A stretch of 64,000 nucleotides of DNA. It comes from Adineta vaga (lineage: Eukaryota; Animalia; Rotifera). The translations under genes were made by a program, and so were the position numbers. Of the stretch, positions 32,280 to 44,300 are shown piece by piece; position 1 is the first letter of the stretch; every line of letters starts with the position of its first letter. The notes beneath the pieces were generated by a model. The model was not told the origin of the DNA, did no database searches, and saw only the letters and a program-made list of their open reading frames with translations. The stretch is from positions 14,198,001 through 14,262,000 of the forward strand of contig CP075494.1 of the NCBI GenBank assembly GCA_021613535.1, written 5' to 3'.

Positions 32280-33299
32280 TCAGACAGTTTTTGTTGTTTT
32301 GAATTGATAATCATAGACTGGTACAAGAAGATAAGTATATATTGCATGGTATTCAATAGCAGCACCGAGAAACACGAAACAATGCCATATTGCATGTGCA
32401 AATGGAATTATACCATCACATTTAAAAAAGATAATACCTACAAGAAAGACTAAACCACCGATTGCCAATTCAAATATTCCACTATGATCATTCTAAAAGG
32501 ATGAAATGAAGAGATACAATATCTAGTCGTATAAATCAGCATACCATATCAAGGGTAAGAATGCCAGGAAAAACACCGACGATCACATAAATACATGTTT
32601 CAAGCCATTTATGTCTTTCATGATATGTAGTTTGATAAGTTATACCGAATATTGCCATTATCCAAATAAGTGCAATAGTAAAACTTGATGATATTGTTTG
32701 AGTTGAACGTAATAGAAACCTAAAGGAATTACTTAGAACTTCGTTGTATTGAATTCATATATCATTTTTACCATGGCGTATAACTCGCACTAATGAAAAT
32801 ATAAATAAATGTTCGATCTACTCGATGCAACAGATGTCTAACGGTTGAATCACTAGAAAAAGTGGATAGTTCAAAATGAATATACATTGAAATCTTTTCT
32901 TTGTACCTGTATGTTGGATGAAAACAGGAACAATGAAAAATAGTAGAAAATGAAAAGAGAAAGATTAGTGCATTACCATAGATAATACTACTCCAATATT
33001 GTGCTGGTGATTTTGCACGATTTAATAAACGTTGTGCAGCAATCCACGATGGAACAATTAAAAAGCCATGAGTTAAACAATTCGCTGCATGTTCTATACA
33101 AAAAAGTCAAAGAGAAGAACAGGAGAAAGAATGAAATTCTACCATAACTTGTAGGTACATAAGCTCGATTAATAATAGCTCGTTCATTCATAAATCGACG
33201 CCAACCTTGACGAGGTTTTTGTTCGATTGAAACAGATGATGGTGGTGATATAGAACCTTCAACAACATTACGAATAGCAGAACGTTGTTGAATATGCAT
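32280..33299 (-). CDS. PAQR/hemolysin-III family 7TM protein, MMD/PAQR10-11 type
   Basis: FMNERA..NRAYVPT, EHAANCLTHG, FSFSTIFH, HRVDRTFIYIFISASYTPW and GIIFFKCDGIIPFAHAIWHCFV. Confidence 0.9.
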
Positions 33300-33538
33300 A
33301 TTTATTAACTATAGAAGAAAATATAGTCCACTTTATTTATCTTTATATATATATATAGATATAGATATCAAGAAGAATGTTTGTCTGTTTGTCTGTTTAT
33401 CTGTTTGTTCGTTATGCATTCAGTCCCTGCAATACCTATAAGATCATCAAGCTGTTCATGACACTCCTATGTCGATTAACTCCTTTGCTCGATCTTTAGA
33501 GTATCCATTTATTACTACGCTTTCGCACTGGTCTGATT

Positions 33539-33752
33539 CACTGTAAGAAAAAGTGGAGAATAATCAACAGTAAAATCGTTTTTAAATTCCTCATAAACGG
33601 AAAAAGAGTTTATGAGTTTGCAACGTATAAAAAATGCCTTTTTTACCGTATTTACCCAAGGCATAAATCTTTTTTCGTTTATGAGGCACCTCAACAACTG
33701 AGAAAAGGTTTATTATGCGTTGCAGATTCGAAAACCTTAATTTTTTTCAGTG
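33539..33752. mobile_element. Putative non-autonomous DNA transposon (MITE), 214 bp, with CACTG termini
   Basis: Left end CACTGTAAGAAAAA and right end TTTTTTTCAGTG. Internal inverted repeat CCTCATAAACGGAAAAAGA (33589-33607) pairs with TCTTTTTTCGTTTATGAGG (33668-33686) with 1 mismatch. No clean TSD. Confidence 0.6.
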
Positions 33753-33779
33753 TGATCTTACACGGAAATTAGGGCGATT

Positions 33780-34430
33780 CAGGAGTAAGATATTCACCTC
33801 GACACAATATTCGTTGGACTATCGTGCTTTATCGTAGACATGTGTGTATTCGCGATAGATGAAACTTTATGCCGTGGCCTTGAGCCATGATAACTCATGA
33901 GTCAAGGAATCCATGAGTCATGTGTATGTATGTTACATCTCATCCTCATTCCCTCAATAAAGCTTCTCATCTCACACTTTAACTTGAAGTCTAAGGCTTT
34001 TTATGTCCGACTTGAATTGGAGACAAAATTGGCGCGGAAACTATTAGAAAAAGGGATGGGTTTTGCAGTGGGAATTGTAAGCAAACGGGTAGATTTGGAA
34101 TATTGCATAGTACAAGTTATTCTATTTCAGATACCCATGGCGGGATATGTTGCGGTAACAGATAAAAATTTGCAAGCACAACCATCTCTGCATCCTCTAT
34201 CATTCTCTTACATATGGAGTTTTTGGATTAACACCGGATATCTTCGCTGATTTTGTAATAAGAAGTATTTATTTATGCATAAAAATATAGATCTAACATC
34301 GAAGAGGATTTCTTGTTAGCTTATGTTTACATGAAACACATGTGTCATAATACTCGAATGGCAGATATAAGTCTGTCTAATAGTCGGGATAGCGGTGAGA
34401 TGTCGCACAAGTTCAGACATTGGGATTTAC
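33780..34430. repeat. Degraded repeat/transposon-like DNA of higher GC
   Basis: Composition shifts relative to the flanks. Clustered CTCAT/ATGAG motifs (33885-33975) and GGGATGGG/CGGGTA/ACCCATGGCGGG motifs. No credible ORF. Confidence 0.35.
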
Positions 34431-35675
34431 CACTATTAGTATCAATAAGTACTCTAAGAACAAAAATAGTTATATTAGATCAGATAAGTTTGAAATTTTA
34501 TATATTAAAAACGCAATCACTTTTCCGATAGATGATATCAAATTAAAACAAACTATATTTAGAGAACTTCACACAAGTTTTTTTTAAAGATAATTTATAT
34601 TGAATGAAATTTAGAGGAATAACTTAAGTTAACCATCTCTGTTTGTGGTCATTTCAATTGTGTTCTTCATCATTTTATAGTTTTTATTGTTAATACAGTG
34701 ATGTAATCTATTCGAATTCGTACATACAATTCACACCAGTGTTTCAACCGACAGTTTTATCAATACTAAAAACTATAGATATAAAATATATTAATTAGGA
34801 TAATAATGGATACTTTTTATCTTAGTCGTATATCTTGATGCTATTTTAATAGTAGAATCATCACAATTTACAATATGTTATTACAGCAAGAATTCGATGC
34901 TCTAGTAATGAAACAGAATGATGGATACTACATTCTCTAGAAACCGTTACAATGCGCGAGATTTTGACTAAATTTAATTTGAAGAACGTAACAAATATTT
35001 ATCATCGAGATATTAACAATATCATACGAATTATATTGTTACACTTGGTGTTTTTATAACTTTAGAGACAAGTTATATTAATTTCAATTGATTGAATGAA
35101 GTGCATCGCCACATAGTTCTATTTCATCTACAAATTCTACTTCTATACGAATATTTTCTTTCCAAGATTCTGTACTTTCATATACTCAACAAAATGAATT
35201 ATTTATTTACATACTCTTGTGTAACAGTTGCTTATCAAGAAGAAATACTAACGCTAATAAACTTCTTAGAAAAAATTACTTTTTACTTAGGACGTTAAAA
35301 ACCTTTCCAATTATTGTGAAGTTCTCACATTTTTTTCTTCTTCTATTCTATAGATATATCCAAAAGAAAAACGAAGTAATTAATCAATATGAGAAAAAGT
35401 ATTAACATGCGGTTAGCGAGATTCCTAATTAGTCGATATTGTCATCTAATGATGGAATTGATATTTTAGTCGGATGAAATTCAACCTATTAAAAAGTATT
35501 TCAAAGACGAGTAAGCCTTATTCACGAGTACATTACAATTGCTTGTCTTATTCTTCTGCATGACGTATTAGAAGTTCCTACGCGTTCCTTTTCTTTGAAG
35601 TTTTTTTTCTCTTCTTCAATTGCAAATTTTTCTCGTAGTTGGAGACATTTATTAACATTAGAAAAAAAACAAAAA

Positions 35676-36278
35676 ATGGAACAAGAATTATCATTACAAT
35701 CTCATTCAAAGATAATTATCAGTGAAAAATCCAATCATATAATTATGTCACATTTATGGATTCGTTTATTATTAATTGCAACAACAGTGAAATCAATTTT
35801 AGGACTCCTTATTCTTTTCCTTCTACTCGGTCTATCTCTTAGTATTCTTATAATTGGTTTACATTTTCGTCAATCTCGTCATTGTCCCATTGACTCACGA
35901 ATAAGTCTATTTCTAATTCTTGCTGGTATTGCATCTATAGAATGGATTGTTCTCAGTATTATTCTTTCGATAATTACAATAGTATTAAAACATATTCGAT
36001 CAATTATATTAGTTGTTTTTATTATTTTACTTGCTTCAATCATATTTATAACTAATATTATTCTATTTGTTTGGATCATATGTGGAAGTGTATGGACATT
36101 GAAAGTTTTCGATCATGTACAATATACAAATCCATCGGTAAATACATTTTGTCAACAAACATTATATCAATTTTCATTAGGATATCTATTTGTAAGTTAT
36201 ATTCTTACAGCTTTACAATGTTGGTATCGATTATGTATTGTGATATTTTGTTCAGTACAGGAACAATATGGAATTTAG
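35676..36278 (+). CDS. TMEM272-like multi-pass membrane protein, intronless
   Basis: Four hydrophobic segments with CP...I..FL...G, W.I.GSVW and FC..TLY.F motifs. Confidence 0.7.
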   Translation: MEQELSLQSHSKIIISEKSNHIIMSHLWIRLLLIATTVKSILGLLILFLLLGLSLSILIIGLHFRQSRHCPIDSRISLFLILAGIASIEWIVLSIILSIITIVLKHIRSIILVVFIILLASIIFITNIILFVWIICGSVWTLKVFDHVQYTNPSVNTFCQQTLYQFSLGYLFVSYILTALQCWYRLCIVIFCSVQEQYGI

Positions 36279-36592
36279 AGAGAATGATGCTTTCTTCGAT
36301 ATTTAATTGCTTTCATAAATACATTGTGTATATACAGATACGAAATAAATAAAAATTTATCGGTGAAATATTGAAACTAATTAGAAGAGAGATGTATTAG
36401 ATACATTCACAATTATGCCTTGAGATTCAGTGAGAGATTTTTGACATTTCTTCACTTTCTTTTCAAATAGTCATTTATCATACTAAGTTGTATTTATGAG
36501 AGGAAAAAAAAGAAAAATGATGGCTAGACTATAATGTATGAAATAGAAAACAACAAAATATCAATCTATAGTTTTATCTTCGTTTTGTCATA

Positions 36593-37235
36593 TTAATGAC
36601 CATTGCCATTTGTTGCGGAATATTTTTGTGTAGTTAAATGAACACCATTGTTGACTAATGCTGTTCGTTCGTATGTTGAATATCGTCCAGCAACAAAAGC
36701 TGATAAAGCTAAAGCTGCATAAGCAAAAACAATACCAGCAATCATAGAACGTGATGAATGAGAATTGAGTAATTGTCTTGAAGCATAATCAAATAAACCA
36801 GCGATCATTAAGACACAAGCAACATACATAAATAAAGGTGTTACGAAACGACGATCTGTTACTTTTGGTACATCAAGAGCTGATAAAATACAGCCAATCA
36901 AGAGAAAGACAAGACCCAAAACACAAAGAATAAATGTTGCTGCCCAAAAGTATGCTTCACAAGTTCCAGTTGTTGTTCTACATCCTTTAAAAAGACCCTA
37001 AAATATCAATGACATCATATCATTCATTTGTAAATGATTATATCTATGAGATACATACATTCCACATAGTACCATATCGTTCACTAACACGTATGGTTCC
37101 ATTATAAGTTGGCTCACTGATCGAGACAACAGTCCAATAATTTGTTGCAAGTGCAATTACGCCCAATGCAACACCTAATAAAGCACAAATTGCAGCTACG
37201 ATGGCCAAACGACGGTTAAGTCTTTCATATGTCAT
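36593..37235 (-). CDS. Claudin/PMP22-superfamily tetraspan protein; 2 exons
   Basis: TM1 followed by ALATNYW, then W-N|GLFKGC....C across the intron (~36999-37057), then three further TM segments. Confidence 0.75.
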
Positions 37236-37771
37236 GATGATATATTTCAACAACTGTTGTGAGAATGAACGAAATGAATTTCAAATGACGAGATTTATTT
37301 CTATCTCTCGAGGTATAAAAAGAATGGAAAAGTCTTCTTTAAAGAGGAAAATTTGTATATCTTTTCGATATATAGCCTACATTTTCATTGTACAGTTCAT
37401 ATTGTTGAAAAAGTATTCCCAGGATAAGAATGAAATTGTATCATTATTTCTAATAGAGAATTTTCTTTCTTATTAAAAAATTAAATCTTAATAATAGATG
37501 ATTGAAATCTTATTCAATATTTTTCAATGAATATCAATTAACGACACCTATCGGAAAAAGAATAGGTATACTTTTTTGATTAAATGTTTTTATTTCAAAA
37601 TCAATATATAAGTAAGAAATACATGAATACAGTATAAGTAGAATAATATGATTATTTCTAATATTGAATGTGCATAAAAAAAAACCCAAACCAAACAAAG
37701 ATGATGAGTGTGTAGAATGCACTATCATCTATCTGACAGAAGAAATGCATGGAAGAGAAAGATATTTGATA

Positions 37772-40700
37772 TTAAATGAAACGAGCTAATTGACTATAAA
37801 ATTCCATTAATGATCGAAGAAGTGTATTCATGGATGGACGTTGATCAATTGAAGTTATCCAACAAATACTCATTAATTTGAATCTAGAAATGAGAATATA
37901 TAAACAATTGATTGAATACGAATCAATAGAATTTACAAAGTATCGGGACAATTTATTGGTTGTTCAAGTCGATGATTTTCTTGAAGATGATTTATTAAAT
38001 TATTTGTTTCAATATTAGCATAAGGCTGTAAACCACGACTCATCAATTCCCAAAGTACAACACCATATGACCACTATAGAAAAATATAAATTAATCAAAT
38101 AGATTCAAAAGAAGATAGAAATACATACTACATCCGAAGCGGTTGAAAAACGTCGATCAGTAATTGATTCAACAGCCATAAATTTCAATGGATGACTTTC
38201 ATTCATATCATCTGTTGGAAGACATTCATAATCTTGTGGAAAAAGATCACGTGATAAAGCATAATCCGTTAATTTCACCGTTAAATCATCCATAACTCTA
38301 AAAAAATTCAAATACATCTAAGTTTTTCTTCCACCAAAAATAGACCATTGTAAAGCTACTCAAAGATAAAATCTAAATTTAACTATATCTATTGAAACTA
38401 TTGATGACTAACTAATTGCATCATCATCATCTTTTCCATTTGAAATTACAATGTCACAGTTAAGTCAACATCTTTTTTCAAAAAATCCATTGAATCAACA
38501 GAAGGAGAAGAAAAAGAGATACGCAAATAAACGAGATAAAGCATTTAAAACATCTTGATATTATCATTTTTCCATTGTATCTATTCTTGTCTAAATAATG
38601 TTTTGCTGTTTTCAACCGTCGAGAAGATCTTCTATTGATACGTAAGTATATGAAATTGTCAAGTACTTGCGTCTTTTTCTCAAGTATTGTATTGATAGAA
38701 AGAATGAAGAGAAAGCGCCTTTGCTAAATTCGAGTACCAAAATGACGATTAATTATCAAACAATTTTCGCTATTCCATATCAACATGTCATTCGTGATGA
38801 TAAAATTCAAATTCAACCATCTGATTTCATGTCAACAGATACATCAGACACTTATCTATTCTTTAATGGCACTATTTCAAATCCAGCATATGAATCAAGT
38901 ATTTTCCTAACAAATTTCTTGCTTTTAATACTATGGATGTCTTTTTACTTCATTTCAGATCAAATAACTTGTTTTTCTTTTGATGATAGTGATGTCAGGA
39001 CTCCTGTTCTATTTTCAACAACAACAACGGGTTCACATTTTCTATTCGAACGTCTCTTCCAAGTCGAACATGTTAGTACTATCAATCCCTCGAAAACATC
39101 GTCAACTACATCAATGGCTCGACCATTCGATGAATTTCTTTACAATCCAAATGTACCAAATACTTCTCTCGATAATGTTACACCGAAAACAGATAAAGAT
39201 TAAATCAATACTTACAAACAATTTCGTGTACCAATATCTTTCATTAACATTTTACGTTTATGTAAAAAATACAATCCTTTAGCTATATGAATTGCCATAT
39301 AGACCAATTCTTGTGTTGACAATAACTGAAAGAACAAAAAAAAAAAGAAAAGATAGGAAGTAATTAATCATTTTTCAGTTTAGATTTTAATACTTGTTCT
39401 CGAGCAGTCGATCGATTTTGAATAAGAAATCGTTTAAGAATTCCTTTGTTACTATATGGATAGATAATCAATGGATAAGGTTTTAATTCATTTTTGTAAA
39501 CAATTCCTAATGGATTATTAATATTTGAATGTTTTATTGTTGCAAATAAACAACAATCATTTAACATTTGATTTAATTGTGATGATGTTCCCAAAGAATT
39601 TATTGTTTTACCATAGATATTTTGTATGGAAGTATTTGATGATGATGAATCATGTAGGGAACAATGAAATAAACGACCAAATTTACCTAGAAAAAATAAG
39701 GTTAAACAGTAAATATACATGATAGAATTCACAATTTTACGTATTTTTATTCTATATCAAAACTTTTACTTTTAGTTTCTTTGTACTAACATATCTGATA
39801 TCGAAATCTCAAGAACAACAATAGAAAAATTTCGAAAGAATATGATTTTTTAGAGATAAGAATACCGAACTGATATGAAGAGAGTCAATATACCTTCCAT
39901 AATGATTTCATGTAATGTCACTCGATTTTGATCAATTGTACAATCAGCAAATGTTGTTGAAGATAATAATTCATCAGCTGTTTTCATAAAATCATATTGT
40001 GTACATGAATATAAACTAACATCTTCGAATGTTGTCATATCGAAAGTCATTGGTAGTGTTGGATGATCTTGAATATTATCAATTAAACTAAAAGTAAATA
40101 TGAATTCATCATTAAAATTTGAAGAAAAGATTTTCAAGTTACTTTTCACACTTTTGCTTATTTTTTGTTGTAGTCATTCGATAGAGACAAAATAAACTCA
40201 TTGCTGTACAAAAGACAAGTAAAAATACAACAAAAGCAATGACTAATGAATATGCCAATATTGTTGCTAATGTTGTTGATGCAAAATTTCGATAACGTGC
40301 TAAATAAATCGATAGAAAAGTCTTTTTCAAACATTGTATTTCATTTCGTTTACTTACATTCTTTCAAAAACAAATAATCATCAATTTCATTTAAATTATA
40401 AAATTGTGTAAGTAATGAACGATTAACAAGTTGATCTCGACAAGTTTTCACAAAATTCACATTGATAAATATTGATGAGAAATTCATTGTTGCATTCGAA
40501 AATCGAAATAATACTGAACAATTCACACGATTCGTTGTTAAACATGGAAAAAATATGCTAAATGCTGAAAATTCAACTTTTAAAATCCAACTATTTCTAC
40601 ATAATTTCAATCTTACTTGATACATCTCTTGGTACAACACCTCGTTTTCCGATATTTAATACTGGTGGTAATAACACTTGTTCATTACTTGAACTTGTAT

Positions 40701-41072
40701 TATATTCATAATGCACTTTTGGCTTTAAAAGATAATCATCAAATCAATCCTTTCAAAGTCTATTTCTATGACAACATACCGTATGTGACGTTAGTTTATC
40801 AACATTCCAAGTAAATTGAACTAAATAAATATCATTCGGTATTGATATTGGTGTTCGAAGTGCTGATTGTCGAATATGATTTTCATTGATAAAATATAAT
40901 TGATGTTCATTTAATTCTAAAGATAAACAAAGAAAAATTTTTTTTTTAAAACAATAAACTTTTCTTCTCCGAATAAAATACCGTATAATTGTTGAACAGA
41001 AATTGAATCAAGATAAAAATTCAATTGTGCAGTTATAGAATTAATTAATAAGATAATTAAAATAATACTCAT
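37772..41072 (-). CDS. RYK: RYK/Derailed-like Wnt receptor pseudokinase (WIF domain, TM, kinase)
   Basis: Signal peptide and WIF-like LNFYLDSISVQQLYG...LYFINE...VQFTW. GILKRFL, LVYMAIHIAKG, VKLTDYALSRDLFPQDYECL and SDVWSYGVVLWELM. C-terminus FYSQLARFI*. Confidence 0.9.
38598..39203 (+). CDS. Nested antisense gene in a RYK intron; exons 38598-38641, 38699-38898 and 38959-39203; 162 aa orphan protein
   Basis: Two canonical plus-strand introns of 57 and 60 bp (GTAAGT..ATAG and GTATTT..TTTCAG) join three exons in frame, from MFCCFQPSRR to PKTDKD*. Confidence 0.65.
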
Positions 41073-41396
41073 TCTATTCGAATCTAAATGTATGAATGTA
41101 TCGATATATGAACATTGAACAATATTATCCTTTCTTATTGGTCTAATTCAATAGAGGTCAGTAGAAAGCAATTCCTATCTGATTGGATACATATATTCAT
41201 TCAAACAAAGATTTATCATCATTCATACCTGCAAAAATCTATTAATAAAATACACTAAATAAATAAAAGTCCCCATATTCTATAAAAATGTGTCATAAAA
41301 CATAGATGTTTTTCGTAATAACCACAATTTGCTCCAGTCATATATTCAATAAAAAAAAAACAACCAAATTTCTTTTTTACCAACATTTTAGATATC
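41073..41396. promoter_or_regulatory. Putative bidirectional promoter between RYK and XRN1
   Basis: Head-to-head starts ~325 bp apart. Two ATTGG (CCAAT) boxes at 41137 and 41182, and AGGTCA at 41155. Confidence 0.45.
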
Positions 41397-44300
41397 ATGG
41401 GTGTACCAAAATTCTTTCGATGGATATCAGAACGATATCCAAATATCAGCCGAGTGATCAATGATAATCAGGTGTGATTCATTTGCTCGTTTTTTTTTTG
41501 CAATAATAAAATAAACAATGTTAATTTGTTTTCTTTCTTCCAAGATACCTGATTTTGATAATTTCTATTTGGATATGAATGGAATTATTCATCAATGTTC
41601 ACATATAAATGAAGATAATTGTGAAACGAATGTTAGTGAACAGGAAATCTTTCGAAATATTTTTCATTATATCGATGTAAGCAATGAATATTTCTCGGTG
41701 TAGATAAAATATTCTGTTCTATTTTTGAAGTTTTTATTTCGATTGATTCAACCAAAAAAAGTCTTTTTCATGGCGATCGATGGTGTTGCACCACGAGCTA
41801 AAATGAATCAACAACGTGCTCGACGTTTTCGTGCTGGCCAAGATCGAATGAGAAAATTACGAAAAATTGCCGAAAAAACGAATCAATCATTAGATGAATT
41901 GATTACTCAACATTTCGATACAAATTCGATTACACCAGGTTAAATAAACATTCATTATCTACAAATAATCAGTCTTTCTTTTTCTTTTCCAGGAACACAA
42001 TTCATGGCTAATTTACATGAACAATTGAAATATTTTATAAATATTAAATTAACAACTGATCCTCTTTGGGAAAATGTTGATGTTCATCTTTCTGGTCATT
42101 TAGTAAATATATTCAAGAGAATTTTTCATTTGAATATGCATATCTTACAATTAGACACCTGGTGAAGGTGAACATAAAATCATGGATTATATTCGATATA
42201 CACGTGCTCAACCGGGATATGATGTGAATACGAGACATTGTTTATACGGTCTTGATGCAGATTTAGTAAGAAAGTCATTTTCACTGAGGAGAAGAAGAAG
42301 ATATACATTGAATTTCGCTTAGATTATGTTGGGTTTAGTCACACATGAGATACATTTTGCATTATTACGTGAAGAAGTCAAATATGGTTCGAAGAAAGTA
42401 TCAAAAATGTAAGTTAATTAATTGATTTTGATGTTTAAATAATTCCTAAGTTTTGTCTTATAGTTTAGCACCGGAAGAAATTACATGGCATTTATTTCAT
42501 ACATGTTTACTTCGAAATTATATCGATTTAGAATTTCGATCGATGAGAGTAATTGAATTTGAAAGATGAATTTCACTGAAAATTTACTTGTTGTTTTTTT
42601 CCTTTAAAAAGGAAAATTTGAAAATTAAATATGATCTCGAATGTGTTATTGATGATTGGATACTTATGGCTTATTTAGTTGGCAATGATTTCATTCCACA
42701 TTTACCACATATTCATATAAAAGAAGAAGCATTATCTCTTCTTTGGGATACATATAAGAAAGTTCTCCCAATACTCGATGGTTTGTTAGATTTCATCATG
42801 AAAAATGTTCATCCTAATCTTTGTCTTGTTCGTTTAGGTTATATGAATGAAGCTGGTGAATTAAATCTAACACGTTTTGAAATCTATTTAACGGAATTAG
42901 CGAAATATGATCATCAACGATATGCCGATGAAAATGATAGTTTTAAAAATTTGAATAAATTAACTGGACGAAAGAAATTTTCATCAGAGAAAAAACCCGA
43001 ACTAAATCAAGATGACATTGATGGTGGATTCAATTTTGCCGCATTGGAAAAGCTTAACATTACTGATCCACTTCCACCATCAACTATTGAAAAACAAGAA
43101 TCAAATGATGGAAATGCTGTTCAAATAGTTTCATCAAATGAACAAAGAATAATAGATGTATCTTCAGCATCCGATGATAATGATCTATCATCAGATTCTG
43201 ATTCTACTGATGATGACGATGAAGAGAAGAAATCTTCATTTGAAATGCCAAAAATCATCAATGAAGATAATATTGATAAAATGCCATTAATTGAAGCTGA
43301 ATTTCGTCAACATAAAAATCATTATTATCGAGAAAAAATGAAATTAAATTTTGCATCCTGTGATGAACTTCAATTATATGTTAATCAATACATTGAAGCA
43401 TTACAATGGATTTTGAAATATTATTATCAAGGTTGTCCATCATGGTCATGGTTTTATTCTCAACATTATGCACCATATCTATCTGATTTGAAAAATTTCA
43501 AAGATTTGAAAATAAATCTAGAAAAAGAAGCACCATTTAAACCATTCGAACAACTTTTAAGTAAGTTATTTCAAGAATATATTCGTAGTGTTTGAACTTA
43601 TTTATATATGTTCATATTTACAATAATAAATTGTTGTTTAGGTGTACTTCCACCAACCAGTCGTTTTCTTCTACCAAAAGCTTTACAATCATTAATGGTC
43701 GATCGTAATAGTCCATTATTTGATTTCTATCCTGAATTTTTTGAATTAGATCAAAATGAAAAGAAACAAGATTGGGAAGCAATTGTTCTTCTTCCATTTA
43801 TAAATGAAGAACTTCTTTTAAAATCAATAACACCATGTTATAATCAACTGAATCCGGATGAACAAAGTCGTAATCAACATTTACCATCTTTATGTTATAG
43901 AACAACATCAAATTTACATTCATGTGATGATTCTCTACAGAAAAATCCGTTTTTCCCATCATTACAAGAAACTCGAGCTTCATGTACAGAAATACCAGTT
44001 GATCAATATCGACCGGATGGTCTGTATTTCAAACATAATCATTTTCAAGAGAAAGACATGATTATCTATCCAAAATTTCCATCAATGAATGTGTTACCAT
44101 ACAGCTTTGATTATAAAACTAATGCCGTTAGTTTGTTTGAATCACGTTCAAAAGCTGCAACATTAGTATTGAAATTATTACGTCAACCTGAACAAGATTG
44201 TATTACATATAATCCACAATGGAATCCAAAAGATGAAAATACTCTTCCACCTTTTCAAATGACAAATATCAACACATTAATCCATCGTTATCTTGGTAAA

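Noticed and set aside
33897-34531. ORFs of 117 and 72 aa as a transposase or foreign gene
   Set aside because: No DDE, RT or other motif is visible, and they lie in degraded repeat-like DNA.
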